From an uncultured Gemmatimonadales bacterium (GTDB taxonomy: Bacteria; Gemmatimonadota; Gemmatimonadetes; Gemmatimonadales; Gemmatimonadaceae): a stretch of DNA of 64,000 nucleotides. Of this stretch, positions 19,339 through 31,085 are shown piece after piece. Both the position numbers and the translations under genes were made by a program. Every line of letters starts with the position of its first letter. Within the stretch, counting starts at the first letter, position 1. The DNA lies in the NCBI GenBank assembly GCA_963793305.1, contig CAWBZV010000003.1, positions 576,001 to 640,000 of the forward strand, given 5' to 3'. The notes below the pieces were generated by a model. That model did not search any database. It was not told the DNA's origin and saw nothing but the letters and a program-made list of their open reading frames with translations.

Positions 19339-20595
19339 ATGCGACATGCCCACACTCTCGCGACCCTCGCCCTGATCGGCTGTTCCGGCGGTAACACCAC
19401 CCCGACGCCGCCGGTCACCAAAACCATAGCCGGCATCGCCGTCACCGGCCAACCGGTCAAAGTCTTCGATCACAATACCGACCAACAGTCGCCGAACAAC
19501 ATCCCGGACGCGCAGACCACGGCGTGGAAAGAGGCTGACGGCACCGTCAACCTCATGATCGCCGCGTCCGATGCCTATCGGATGCGCGGGCCGGACTTCG
19601 CGCACCTCGTGATCGACCCGCACATGATCTATTCGTCCGACGCCAGCGCGGGCCAGATTCCCGAGAATCTCGACAACTACGCCCACTGGCTGATGGGCCC
19701 ATACTCCCTCGACGGCCAGACCTTCTACTCGATCACCCACAGCGAGTGGTACGCCTGCCTCCTCGACAACGACTGCTCGGCCAACGGCTACGTGTCACAA
19801 GGCAATAGCTGGGTCGCGAGCTCGAACGCGTTCGTGTCCCACGACGGCGGTGCCTCGTGGCAGCTCAACACCGCCGGCGGCACCCACATTGCGTTCGACC
19901 CGGGGTACCACTGGACCGGCACGCTCGCGTTCCAGGACACGATCTGGGCCTACGCCGACAATCACACCGGGACGTTCCAGCCGACCCGGGTCGTTCACGA
20001 AGGCTCGTACTTCTACTGCATCGCGTTCTACATCCACCGCGACTTCACCCAGATCAATCCGTCGCAGGGCGTCTACAGTGCGCCAGTCGATGCCACCGGC
20101 TACGTGCTCCTCCGCACGGCCGACATCACGAGCGCCGCTGGCTGGCAAGCGTGGACCGGCGGAAGCACGTTCCAGCCCGTGGCCAACGGCCAGTTCCAGA
20201 CGTTCTCGCCACTTGAGAACGGCTCGCCACTGAGCGCGGCGCCGCCACAGATCATTGACGACACGACCGCCAAGCAGTACATCCTGATCTTCACGCTCTT
20301 CGGCGGCAGCAACCCCGTGTACTATATGACGACGACGTCCCTCGCGAATCCGTCGTGGAGCGACGCCGCGACGATCAGCGGCACGGCGAGCCTCGTCACC
20401 GATCCCGCCGGCAATGTGGTCGGGTTCAATGACGGCAACTACACGTCGATCATCGACACGAGCTCTCCGGGATACAATTTCGAGTTTACGGGCGGGAGCC
20501 CGATGCTATTCTATAGCACGTTCCCGGCGAACTACGGCGGCGACAACATCGCGCGCGACCTCTATCGCGTCCAATTGTCGATCACGTACCGGTAG
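19339..20595 (+). CDS. Lipoprotein of unknown function (beta-rich, possible propeller)
   Basis: Lipobox LIGC; Asp-box-like SHDGGASW; strong coding bias. Confidence 0.75.
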   Translation: MRHAHTLATLALIGCSGGNTTPTPPVTKTIAGIAVTGQPVKVFDHNTDQQSPNNIPDAQTTAWKEADGTVNLMIAASDAYRMRGPDFAHLVIDPHMIYSSDASAGQIPENLDNYAHWLMGPYSLDGQTFYSITHSEWYACLLDNDCSANGYVSQGNSWVASSNAFVSHDGGASWQLNTAGGTHIAFDPGYHWTGTLAFQDTIWAYADNHTGTFQPTRVVHEGSYFYCIAFYIHRDFTQINPSQGVYSAPVDATGYVLLRTADITSAAGWQAWTGGSTFQPVANGQFQTFSPLENGSPLSAAPPQIIDDTTAKQYILIFTLFGGSNPVYYMTTTSLANPSWSDAATISGTASLVTDPAGNVVGFNDGNYTSIIDTSSPGYNFEFTGGSPMLFYSTFPANYGGDNIARDLYRVQLSITYR

Positions 20596-20661
20596 TCGGC
20601 GCGTGTAACAGATTCTGTATCACGACGTGCCGTGCCCCATTCTTGCAGGAGTGCCAACCCC

Positions 20662-21126
20662 ATGAAAAACATCCTTGGCATCTTCGCCACCTGCATCGGG
20701 CTCGCGGGAGTCGCCGCGACGGCGAGCGCCCAGCCGTTACCGGGTGCGCATCCGTATTACCTGCATGCCCTGACCGACCTTCGCGCCGCGCGATGGTTGC
20801 TCTACCATCAAAGCGGCGATGCGAAAGTGTACGCCGGCGAAGATGAGGGTATTCGCGAGATCGACGCTGCGATCGGCGAGATGAAGCGGGCGGCGATTGA
20901 TGACGGAAAAGATATCAACGATCATCCGCAGCTCGATGTGAACGACCACGGCAGCCGCCTGCTCAAGGCGATGGAGAACCTGAAGCAGGCGCACGCCGAC
21001 GCCGATCACGAAGAGGACAATCCGCAGCTGCAGGGGCTCAAGCACCGCATCATAGACCACATCGACAAGGCCCAGCACGCGGCGGGTGTAGCCCACCAGC
21101 AGTGGCTCGACGAGATGAAGAAATAA
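20662..21126 (+). CDS. Secreted helical hypothetical protein
   Basis: Signal peptide ending ASA; HPYYLHALTDLRAAR; AGGAG RBS. Confidence 0.8.
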   Translation: MKNILGIFATCIGLAGVAATASAQPLPGAHPYYLHALTDLRAARWLLYHQSGDAKVYAGEDEGIREIDAAIGEMKRAAIDDGKDINDHPQLDVNDHGSRLLKAMENLKQAHADADHEEDNPQLQGLKHRIIDHIDKAQHAAGVAHQQWLDEMKK

Positions 21127-21209
21127 CGCGGTGCTCGCCCGCTGTGCTATTGTACCGCGCGGCCCCCAATTACCGTTTTCGACGCGCATGTTGCGTCGTG
21201 ACAAACGAG

Positions 21210-22205
21210 CTAACGCACGCGCAGCACCAGCTTTCCCACAATGTGCCCCTGCGCGAGGCGCTCATGCGCTTTCGCGGCGTCCGCTAGCGCATACTCGCCC
21301 GCGATCGGCACACGCACGCGCCCTTGCTCGATCGCGCGTGACAGATGCTCGAACTGCTTCACACCCGGCACGCCATCGTATGGCGTCGTCTCGATCCCGC
21401 GCCGCCGCTTGGGCACCGGGTCGATGCCATTGGGATACGCCAGACGCCCACCGGCGCGCAATGACTTGATGCAGAGCTCCAGCACCTCGCCACCAGCGAG
21501 CCCCAGTACCGCGTCGGCGCCGTCCGGCGCGAAGCGGTGGATCGCGGCGGCGAGGTCGCCCGAGTGCCCATTGACTGCTTCGTCCGCTCCCAGACTCTTC
21601 ACGAGCGCGACGCCGTCCTGGCCTGAGCCGATCGCCAGCACCCGCGCGCGGCGCAGCTTCGCGAACTGCACCGCGAGCGTGCCCAAGCCGCCCAATGCGC
21701 CGTATATGATCAGGGCCTCGTCGTGCTTCACATGCAAAGCGTCGTCGATGCCCTGAAGCGCCGTGAGCCCAGACGCCGGAGCCGCGCCAGCTTGTACCAT
21801 GTCCAGCGGCTTCGGCACCGCCGCCGCGTTGTCCGCGGGTACCGCGACATACTCGGCGTAGAATCCGCCCTTGGTGGTGTCCCACACGAACCCGTAGACC
21901 GGCTCGCCGAGTGTGAACCGGCGCACGCGCGAGCCCAACGCGGCTACTGTGCCGGACCCGTCCGTGCCAAGCACGAGCGGATAGCGCAATGGCTTCTCGG
22001 TCGGCGACCAGCCACCGCGAATGTCCGCGTCCCACTTGGCGACGCCAGCGGTATCGACCGCAATCAGAATCTCGTGCGCGTCGGGCACCGGAACCGGCAG
22101 CGAGTGCACCGAGAAAACCTCGGGGCCGCCGGCGCGGTCGATCGCGGCCGCGCGCATCGTCGCCGGAATGGCCGCGCGCGCTTGGGGAACGGTCTTCGTC
22201 ATCAT
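21210..22205 (-). CDS. NADP-dependent quinone-oxidoreductase-like (MDR family)
   Basis: GGPEV, PLVLGTDGSG, GALGGLG, AHERLAQGHIVGKLVL. Confidence 0.9.
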   Translation of the reverse strand: MMTKTVPQARAAIPATMRAAAIDRAGGPEVFSVHSLPVPVPDAHEILIAVDTAGVAKWDADIRGGWSPTEKPLRYPLVLGTDGSGTVAALGSRVRRFTLGEPVYGFVWDTTKGGFYAEYVAVPADNAAAVPKPLDMVQAGAAPASGLTALQGIDDALHVKHDEALIIYGALGGLGTLAVQFAKLRRARVLAIGSGQDGVALVKSLGADEAVNGHSGDLAAAIHRFAPDGADAVLGLAGGEVLELCIKSLRAGGRLAYPNGIDPVPKRRRGIETTPYDGVPGVKQFEHLSRAIEQGRVRVPIAGEYALADAAKAHERLAQGHIVGKLVLRVR

Positions 22206-22241
22206 ACCGTTCGTCCTGCAATAAGCGCGCGCGGGACCAGC

Positions 22242-24168
22242 TTATTGCACGGCGGCCGTCACCGGTGGATGGTTCACGACCGTCACCGTGATCGACGACG
22301 GATACTGCTTCGAGTGATGTACGACATTGTGCGCCACGACTGGGTTCGTCTCGTCGTAGTTGTTGCCACCCGTGTTCAAGTTCCGGTCGAACCGAGGGAA
22401 GTTCGAGCTCGACACCTCGATCCGAAGCTTGTGCCCCGTGTCGAAGTAATCACTCGTGCTCATGGGCCCGAGCGCGACCTTGTAGACCTTGCCGGGCTCC
22501 ATCCACACTTTCTTGTCGTATCCCTCACGATAGCGAACGCGCTGGATCGTCTCGTCCAGGTTATAGGCGCGACCGTCCGGATAGACGTTCGATCAGCTTC
22601 ACCGTGAAATCCGTGTCCTTGCGGTCAGATGACACGTACAGGTTCACCGAGATCGGACCCGAGAGCTCCGTCGGCTTCGTGAACGCGTCGGTCGTGTACA
22701 CCAACACATCCGGACGCGTCTCCATCTTCCGCTGATCATACGAGCCCGCCAACGTCCCCGGCTGACAACAGACATTCCCGCCGTAGCTCGGTACCGGGTT
22801 CATGGGATCGTAGGTGAACGTCTCGGGTTTGTCGGCGCCAGCGGTCTTCGGCGACAGAGCGCCACTCGCATTCAAATAAAACGTCATCGGCTCCGCGCCC
22901 TTGGGCGGCCACGTATCCGACGTCTGCCACTTGTTGAGCCCCATCGTGTAGTAGCGCACGTGCGGCAACGTATCCAGCAAATGGTTGTCCGCGCCGTTCA
23001 AGAAATGGTCGAACCACGAGTACACGAGCGAGTCGTACCCGTAGCGCGCGTCGCCCATCCAACGCTCGCCCACCACCGTCGAATCCGTCGCGCGCTTGTA
23101 GGCGCAGTGACCGACCGGCGCGATCACCACGTACTGATTCTTGGCGATCTCCGGAGACGCGGTCTTTCGGACGTGATTGAACAGCTCCAGGTTCGGGCTG
23201 ATCGACACGTCGTACCACGACATGAACCACAAACTCGGCACCTTGAACGGCATGTCGTCGTGATACAACCCGCCCCGATACCACGCCGAATCGTTCGGCG
23301 TCCGCTGAATCATGTCGCCGCCCGTCGCGATCCCCTTGACCGAGTCCGCGAAAATCCCCGGCGGTCCATCGATCGCCTTGAAGATGTCCTGCTCCGGCAG
23401 ATGCTTGAACGCTTCCGGCCAATCCACCCTCGGCGCGTGCGGCGCGAGGTCGTAATACCGCGACTCCTCCTCGAGCTGCTGCGACGTCATGCCCGACCGG
23501 AACGCCGGACGCCCCGGCGTCTGCTCGCCGTACAACCAATCAATAAAGAGCATCTGCACCGCGCCGCCACGATACCAGTTGCCCTGCTCATAGAAGGGCC
23601 CCACCCGACCGACACCGGCGCCAAACCCCTGCGGCACCATCGCCGCATGACCCGGCGCACCCAACGCCGCCACCCCCATCTGCCACTCGGCCGTCGATGA
23701 ACACCCCAACGTGCCGAGCTTGCCGTTGGACCACGCCTGCGTCGTGATCCACTGAATCGCATCGTAGCCGTCCGTGCGCGGCGGCCCCAAAATATCCCAC
23801 GTGCCCTCGCTCCAGAACTTGCCACGCTCGTTCTGCACGACATACGCGTAGCCGCGCTTGACCGCATCCAAGGCCGCCGTCGCGTCGCGCGGCACGCCAT
23901 ACTGCACGTCGTACCAGTTGAAGTTGTACGGCGTGCGGACGAAAATCGTCGCGTATTTTCCGTCGCCCTTGGGACGGTAGACATCGGTCGACAGGTGAAC
24001 GCCGTCCCGCATCGGAACCATCAGCTTATGCTCAACAGTCGCGATCGACTCGAGATCCGCGTACGTCTTCGAACGCTGCGCGAGCTGCTCGGGCGTCGGT
24101 GCAGCGGGTTGGGCAGCAGCCTGAACCGCGGTGGCGAGCAGGGCAGCGGAAAGGAACAGGTGGCGCAC
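22242..24168 (-). CDS. CocE/NonD-family hydrolase (apparent +1 frameshift near 22590)
   Basis: [54 protein letters not shown]. Confidence 0.9.
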
Positions 24169-24252
24169 GGTAACTCCCTAATGAAATCGCCTTGAGCTCG
24201 ATGTCGACAACCTGTATACAACCAGACAAATACGCGACAACTCTCGGGCGCG

Positions 24253-25683
24253 TTGACCGAAGCACACTGTCCATCGGTGAGCCGGACTGAACGCTCCGCC
24301 CAGGTGCTCGCCGTGGCGATCCTCGCTCTCGCCGCGGCCGGCTCCCTCACGGTGCTCATCTATGCCATCGGGCACATTCCTCCGACCCGTGGCCTCTATG
24401 TCGTGCTCTACGATGTCACCCCCACGATCGTGCTGCTCGCCGCTGTGGCCGGCCTCGTCGCGCGCGGCGCAACGCGACTCGGGGTCGCGAGCTGTGTCGT
24501 CGCCGCGGGCCTCGCGTGTTACGTCGCCGAAGCGACGCTCGCGATTCGAGAGGGATCGTACCTCCCGTACGTGCCCGCGATGCGGACTCCCCGACCGCCA
24601 TGGCTCTATGGGCCGTGGGACGCGCGCTCGCGCCTCGCCGTCATCCTGGATCTGCGCGCCCGCGGCGTTGACGCCTACCCGGCCCCGAATCGACTGGAGC
24701 AGATGGCCGTGTACCGCGCCGAGGGTGCGGGGCTGTCCCTCTATCCGCTCGGTGGCATCGCGAATGTGCCGACCGTGTTCTGCAACGAGAGCGGCGCGTT
24801 CGCGAACTACGCGAGCGACGGCCGTGGGTTCAACAATCCGCCGAGCGCCTGGCGAGACGGAGCAGCCGACGTGGTGGTGATCGGCGACTCCTTCGCGCAC
24901 GGCGCGTGCGTGGACACATCGGTGACGATCGCCAGCGATATCCGACGGACGTACCCCGCCACCGTGACGCTCGGCATGGCTGGGAGCGGACCACTGCACG
25001 AGCTCGCGACGCTCCGCGAATACGCGACCACTCTCCGCCCTCGTGTCGTGGTCTGGCTCTACTTTTCGGAAAACGACTTCTCGGATTTCGAGGAAGAGCG
25101 CTCGGACGGCATGCTCGCTCGGTATCGCGAGCGCACGTTTCGACAGGGCTTGCTCTCCCGGCAACCGGAGATCGACTCGGTCCTGCGAGTGCACTTCGAC
25201 GGCACGATCGCCCGACAGACCACGGCGGCGCACCACCCATGGCTGGAGAATGCCAAGGGATTTCTCCTGCTCCAGCACGTTCGCCGGCATGCGTTCCCTC
25301 TCCTGGTTGTGCACGGCGCCGTGCCGTCCGACCTTCCGTGCTCGGCCGATCGATTCAGTCAGGTCGTCGACGTGATCGCGAACGCGCAAGCCGAGGCGGC
25401 AACGTGGGGAGGGAAATTCTATTTCGTGTATCTCGCGGAATGGGGACGCGCCGACCTGATAGACCATTGCGCACCCCGACGCGAGGCCTTGCTGAGGGCA
25501 CTCGACCGGCGCGGCGTGCCATTGATCGATCTCGAAGCGCGCTTCGCCATCGCCGACTCAGCGCAGCGGCTACTCTGGCGGCCTCACGCCGACGCGCACT
25601 ACACGCCGGCCGGATACGCCGTTGCCGCTCAGACCATCCTGGACCGCCTCGAGGCCGATCGCGCCGTGTTGACGGCCAAGTAG
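24253..25683 (+). CDS. Membrane-anchored SGNH-hydrolase-like protein
   Basis: N-terminal TMs; IGDSFAHG, ENDF and DAHYTPAGY; start uncertain. Confidence 0.7.
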   Translation: MTEAHCPSVSRTERSAQVLAVAILALAAAGSLTVLIYAIGHIPPTRGLYVVLYDVTPTIVLLAAVAGLVARGATRLGVASCVVAAGLACYVAEATLAIREGSYLPYVPAMRTPRPPWLYGPWDARSRLAVILDLRARGVDAYPAPNRLEQMAVYRAEGAGLSLYPLGGIANVPTVFCNESGAFANYASDGRGFNNPPSAWRDGAADVVVIGDSFAHGACVDTSVTIASDIRRTYPATVTLGMAGSGPLHELATLREYATTLRPRVVVWLYFSENDFSDFEEERSDGMLARYRERTFRQGLLSRQPEIDSVLRVHFDGTIARQTTAAHHPWLENAKGFLLLQHVRRHAFPLLVVHGAVPSDLPCSADRFSQVVDVIANAQAEAATWGGKFYFVYLAEWGRADLIDHCAPRREALLRALDRRGVPLIDLEARFAIADSAQRLLWRPHADAHYTPAGYAVAAQTILDRLEADRAVLTAK

Positions 25684-25715
25684 CGCGCGGCGCGTGGTCG
25701 GGTTTTCTTTCGCGC

Positions 25716-27808
25716 ATGCGTTGGGCGATACTGACTCTGGCGCTCGCTGCGGGCGTCGCCCAGGCGCAGCAAGGCCCAGCCGTCACGCGGTTCGTCGACT
25801 CCGTCCTCGCGCGCATGACGCTCGAGGAGAAAGCCGGACAGCTCAATCTCGTCCGCGGCGAAGGCACCCTCACCGGTCCCGCCTCCCGCGCCGGCAGCGA
25901 CTCGGCCGTCCGCGTGGGACGCATCGGTCTCTTCTATGGCGTGCGCAGTCTCGCCGCGACGCGCCACCTGCAGCGCATCGCCGTCACCGAGACGCGGCTC
26001 CACATCCCGCTCCTCTTCGCCGACGACGCGATCCATGGGTATCGCACCATCTTCCCCGTGCCGCTCGCCGAAGCCGCGAGTTGGGATCCCGATGCGGCCG
26101 AACGCTCGGCGCGCATCACCGCCATCGAAGTCGCCAACGATGGCATCCAGTGGACGTACGCGCCCATGGTCGACATCGCGCGCGATCCCCGATGGGGACG
26201 CATAGTCGAAGGCTCCGGCGAAGATCCGTATCTCGGCTCCGTGTTCGCCGCCGCTCGGGTCAAAGGGTTCCAAGGGGCCAACCCGCGCGTCATCGCCACC
26301 GCCAAACACTTCGTCGCGTACGGCGCGGCGGAAGGTGGCCGGGACTACAACACCGCCAACGTCTCGGACTCCACGCTGCGCGACGTGTACCTGCCGCCGT
26401 TCAAGGCCGCGGTCGACGCCGGCGCGATGTCGGTCATGGCGGCGTTCGACGCGCTCGACGGCGTGCCCATGCACGCGAATCGACGGCTCATTACGGGCGT
26501 CCTGCGCGACGAATGGCATTTTGGTGGGGTCGTCGTCAGCGACTACACCGGGATCATGGAGCTCATGCGACACGGCGTCGCCGGACTCGCCGGCCGAGGC
26601 GGCCGAACGGGCCATCAACGCCGGCGTCGACGCGGATATGGTCAGCGAGATCTACGTGAACGAGCTGCCCGGGCTCGTGCGCTCAGGGCGCGTCAAGGTC
26701 ACTACTATAGACGCGGCCGTCCGGCGGGTGCTACGAGCCAAGTACGAGCTCGGGCTCTTTCAAAATCCCTATCGATACGGGGACTCGACGGCGTCCGACA
26801 CGCTCTATCGCTCCGAGGCTCGCCGCATCGCGCGGGAGTCTATCGTGTTGCTCGAAAATCGGCAGCACACGCTCCCGTTCTCGAAAAACATCAAGACGCT
26901 GGCGGTCATTGGGCCACTCGCCAGCGACTCGGTATCGGCCCTCGGTCCATGGGCGGCCATCGGGAATCCCAACGAGGCCGTCAGCGTGCTCGCTGGAATA
27001 CGGCGGGCCGTGTCGAGCGAGACCCGCGTCGTATTTGGACCAGATCCCAACGCGGACGCGATCGTGCTCGTCCTCGGCGAGACGAGCGACATGAGCGGCG
27101 AGGCCAGCAGCCGCGCGTTCCTGGATCTGCCTGGCGATCAAGAGGCGCTGGCCGAGGCGGTTATTGCTGCCGGGAAACCGGTTGCCGTCGTGCTACTCAA
27201 TGGGCGGCCGCTCTCAGTCGGTTGGCTGCACGAGCACGCGCCCGCGATGATCGACGCGTGGTTCCTGGGGTCCGAGATGGGCAACGCCGTCGCCGAACGT
27301 CTTGTTCGGCGACTATAACCCCGGCGGGAAACTTCCCGTCACGTTCCCGCGAACCGTCGGACAGGTGCCCATCTATTATGATCACCTGCCGACTGGCCGG
27401 CCGCCCGATCCCAACGAGCACTATACGTCCAAGTACATCGACGAGCCCTGGACGCCGCTCTACCCGTTCGGATATGGGCTCAGCTATACGACGTTCGGAT
27501 ATGATGCGATGACCGCGCGCATAGAGAACGACAGCCTGCGGGTATCAGCCGTTGTCACCAATACGGGCGACCGCGATGGCGACGAGGTGGTGCAGTGCTA
27601 CACGCATACCCTGGTCGCGCACGTCAGTCGGCCAGTCAGGGTGCTACAGGGCTTTCAGCGCATCCATCTCTCGTCAGGCGAACACCGCACGCTGACGTTT
27701 GCGATCCCGCGGAGCCGCCTCGGCGTAGACGAGCCGACGACGGTCGACGTATACGTGGGACCGAATTCGGTTGAAGGACCTCCGATCCACACGACGGTCC
27801 GGCCGTAG
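25716..27808 (+). CDS. bglX: GH3 beta-glucosidase, BglX-like (apparent +1 frameshifts near 26582 and 27297)
   Basis: MTLEEKAGQL, RDPRWGR, KHFVAYG, VVSDY, NPGGKLPVTFP and PFGYGLSYT across three frames. Confidence 0.9.
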
Positions 27809-28444
27809 CACGACGAGATCATAGGGGGCGAGCGCCCGCGGCAAACCCCATGGCCGCGGATACCGCGTCAGCCATAACGTCGGATCCGCGAGCGCGGCCG
27901 CAACGCGCTGGCGGCCACCCTGGAAATCGACCTCGGGATCGACGCCGGTCAGCGCTCTCCACGCGGCGTCCGTCCACACGTGCATGCGCGGTATCACGGC
28001 GAGCACCCGGCCGCCCGTACGGGTCACCCGCAACGACTCGCGGAGACACGCGGCCGGATCGGGCATGAACTCGAGCGCGCTGATGATGACCACCGCGTCG
28101 AAACTCCCGTCCGCGAACGGCAGCGCCTGCCCGCTCGCCTGCGCCGCCATCACCGAAATCCCGTCGGCGCTATAGGAGCGCACAACGGCAGCACCGCGCG
28201 AATGGACGTCAATGCCGACCAGCGTCCGCGCGTGACGAGACAGCTCGTGGAAGAAAATCCCGCTGCCGTACCCGATCTCCAACACCGCGTCGGACCTCGG
28301 CGGAAGCACGTCCCGCACCCACCGCAACCGCTGTCGCAGCATCCAACCGGCGCCGCCCGTGTAGTACTGCGTCACGAAATCGACCGGACCGGTTACGGGG
28401 AGATGTCCCCGCGCGGGGAGATGAAGTGGCGACGACAACGGCAT
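27674..28444 (-). CDS. Class I SAM-dependent methyltransferase
   Basis: VLEIGYGSG, LPFADGSFDAV, LRVTRTGG. Confidence 0.8.
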   Translation of the reverse strand: MPLSSPLHLPARGHLPVTGPVDFVTQYYTGGAGWMLRQRLRWVRDVLPPRSDAVLEIGYGSGIFFHELSRHARTLVGIDVHSRGAAVVRSYSADGISVMAAQASGQALPFADGSFDAVVIISALEFMPDPAACLRESLRVTRTGGRVLAVIPRMHVWTDAAWRALTGVDPEVDFQGGRQRVAAALADPTLWLTRYPRPWGLPRALAPYDLVVLRPDRRVDRRSFNRIRSHVYVDRRRLVYAEAAPRDRKRQRAVFA

Positions 28445-28492
28445 CCCTGGCGTACTATGGCAATCGGCGGGCCGCGGCATAGCTTGGTGGCC

Positions 28493-30177
28493 ATGCAACG
28501 ACAACGCCTCCTCGTGCTCGCTTCGCTCGCCCTCGTCGCTTCACGCGCCGACGCGCAAGGTGACGCGTCGACCCGACGGCCGATCACCATGGCGGGACGG
28601 TCAGCCGTCTATGCACCCCACGGCGTCGTCGCCACGAGTCAGCCGCTCGCGAGTGCTGCCGGGCTCGCTGTGCTGGAACACGGTGGAAACGCCATCGACG
28701 CGGCCGTGACTGCGGCGGCGGTCCTTGGGCTGGTCGAGCCCATGATGACTGGGCCCGGCGGTGACGTCTTCGCCATCGTCTGGTCGGCGAAAGACCACAA
28801 GCTCATCGGGCTCAATGCGAGCGGGCGAGCGGGGTCCTTGATGACACGCGAAGCGCTCATCGCGCGTGGCCGCACGTCGGTGCCGCACTCCAGCGTGGAA
28901 GCGGTCATCGTGCCGGGCGCCGTCGCCGGATGGCAAGCGCTCCTCTCGCGCTACGGCACCCTCACGCTCGCCCAGGCACTCGCGCCGGCGATCAAGCTCG
29001 CCGATGGCGGGTTCCCTGTGTCGCCCATCATTGCGCGCGACTGGAATGCCGCGGCTGAGTTGCTGAAAAAAGATGAAGGGGCGCGAAAAACTCTTCTGAT
29101 CAACGGCGATCACACACCGGCCGCCGGCGAGTGGTTCAGCAACCCCGATTATGCGACGTCCTTGAAAGCAATCGCCGCGAACGGGCCCGGCGAGATCTAC
29201 GGCGGGCCACTGGGACAGCGCATCGTCGATCGCGTCAAAGCACTCGGCGGGTTCCTGACGCTGGACGACATGAAAAAAGAGAAGGCGACCTGGGTCGAGC
29301 CCATCTCGGTCCCGTTCAAGGGATACAGAGTCTGGGAGCTGCCGCCGAACAACCAAGGCGTGGCGGTCCTCGAGATGCTCCGCATGCTCGACGCCGATGA
29401 CCTGACGCGCGCTCGGCTACAACTCCCCCGCCTATCTGCACCGCCTCGTCGAGGCCAAGAAGCTCGCCTACGCCGACCTCGCGCAATACGTCGGCGATCC
29501 CGACGCGATGACCGTCCCCGCCTCACACCTCTTCGCCGACGATTTTGTTGCGCAACGCCGAGCGCAGCTCGATGCGGCGACGAGCGCGACGGATCGGGTC
29601 GATCCCGGTCCGGCGGCGACGCGATCCGAGACGATCTACCTAACGGCCGCCGACAAAGACGGCAACATGATCTCGTTTATCAATAGCCTGTATGATGAAT
29701 TTGGATCGGGCGTGGTGGTGCCGGGCACCGGGTTCGCGCTCGAAGACCGCGGTGCGGGATTCACGCTGCAACCGGGCATGGCGAATACAGTGGCGCCGGG
29801 CAAGCGGCCGTTCCATACGTTGATACCGGCGTTCGTCACGAAAGACAACGAGCCGTACCTGAGCTTCGGCCTCATGGGCGGTGCGATGCAGGCGCAAGGC
29901 CACGTGCAGGTGTTGCTCGATCTCCTCGTCTTTCACATGGGACTCCAGGAAGCCATCGATCAGCCGCGGTGGCGACACTTCAGCGGCAAGCAGCTCGGCC
30001 TCGAGACCGCATTCCCCGACGCCACGCGCAACGCGCTCGTCGCGATGGGACACGAGCTGCTCCCCGACAGTGCGCTGGTTGGCGCATTCGGGGGCTCGCA
30101 GAATGATTCGCAAGCTCGCCCGCGGCTGGGAAGCCGCGTCCGACCCGCGCAAAGACGGCGAAGCAGTCGGGTACTGA
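28493..30177 (+). CDS. ggt: Gamma-glutamyltransferase family (apparent +1 frameshifts near 29407 and 30102)
   Basis: GGNAIDAAV, ELPPNNQG, nucleophile ETIYLTAAD, FGSG, PGKRPFHTLIP, ASDPRKDG. Confidence 0.9.
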
Positions 30178-30179
30178 TC

Positions 30180-31085
30180 GTGAAGAAGAAAGTCCGCATC
30201 ATCGGCGTCCCGCTCGACCTCGGGGCGAGTCGGCGCGGCGTCGACATGGGCCCGTCGGCGCTCCGCATCGCGCGGTTGGCCGAGCGCATGCGGGAGCTCG
30301 GCTTCGACGTCGAAGATCGCGGCAATGTCGTCGTCGGCCAGCGCGAGCAACTGGCGGGGATCGGGCAGGATGCCTACACGGCCATCGCCGACGTCTGTCG
30401 CGCGCTCGCCGTATCAACGGCCGAAGCCGTGCGCGATGGCGTGAGCCCGCTTGTTCTCGGCGGCGATCACTCGCTCGCCATGGGATCCGTCGCCGGTGTA
30501 GCCACGGCGCTCGCCGAGCGGAACGAGAGGCTCGGCGTGATCTGGCTCGACGCGCACGGCGATATCAATACGCCCGAGTCGAGCGAAAGCGGCAACATCC
30601 ATGGCATGCCGCTGGCCCATCTCCTGGGCCAAGGGGACGAGCGACTCTCGCGCATCGCCAAGCCGTACCCCGCGATACGCGAGGAGAATCTGGTGATGGT
30701 GGGACTACGGGATCTCGACCAGGCCGAACGCATCACGATCGGCAAGCTCGGCATCGCCGCCTACACCATGCGCGATATCGACCAACGAGGACTCGCGACC
30801 ATTATGGCCGAGGCGATTCAGGTGGCGAGCAAGGGTACGGGCGGGATCCACGTGTCGTGCGATCCCGACTGGATCGATCCGATCGAGGCGCCAGGAGTCG
30901 GAACGCCCGTGCGGGGCGGGGCGACGTTTCGGGAAGCGCACCTCGCGCTTGAGATGGTCGCGGACTCCGGGATGATGGTCTCGATGGACCTGGTCGAAAT
31001 CAATCCCGTGCTCGACGATCGGAACCGGACGGCCTCACTCGCCGTCGATCTGATCGTCAGTGCCTACGGCAAACGCATTCTGTAA
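30180..31085 (+). CDS. rocF: Arginase
   Basis: GVDMGP, GGDHS, DAHGD, SGNIHGMP, SCDPD, GVGTPV, EINP. Confidence 0.92.
   Translation: MKKKVRIIGVPLDLGASRRGVDMGPSALRIARLAERMRELGFDVEDRGNVVVGQREQLAGIGQDAYTAIADVCRALAVSTAEAVRDGVSPLVLGGDHSLAMGSVAGVATALAERNERLGVIWLDAHGDINTPESSESGNIHGMPLAHLLGQGDERLSRIAKPYPAIREENLVMVGLRDLDQAERITIGKLGIAAYTMRDIDQRGLATIMAEAIQVASKGTGGIHVSCDPDWIDPIEAPGVGTPVRGGATFREAHLALEMVADSGMMVSMDLVEINPVLDDRNRTASLAVDLIVSAYGKRIL

Noticed and set aside
27674..27808. Long convergent overlap of bglX and the methyltransferase as a regulatory system
   Set aside because: Convergent overlaps recur in this window (31035, 34026, 47645), and indel errors could extend the ORF.
29508..31085. GGT-arginase fusion protein
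   Set aside because: Artefact of the +1 insertion near 30102; the GGT C-terminus ends at 30177 in another frame and arginase has its own GTG.
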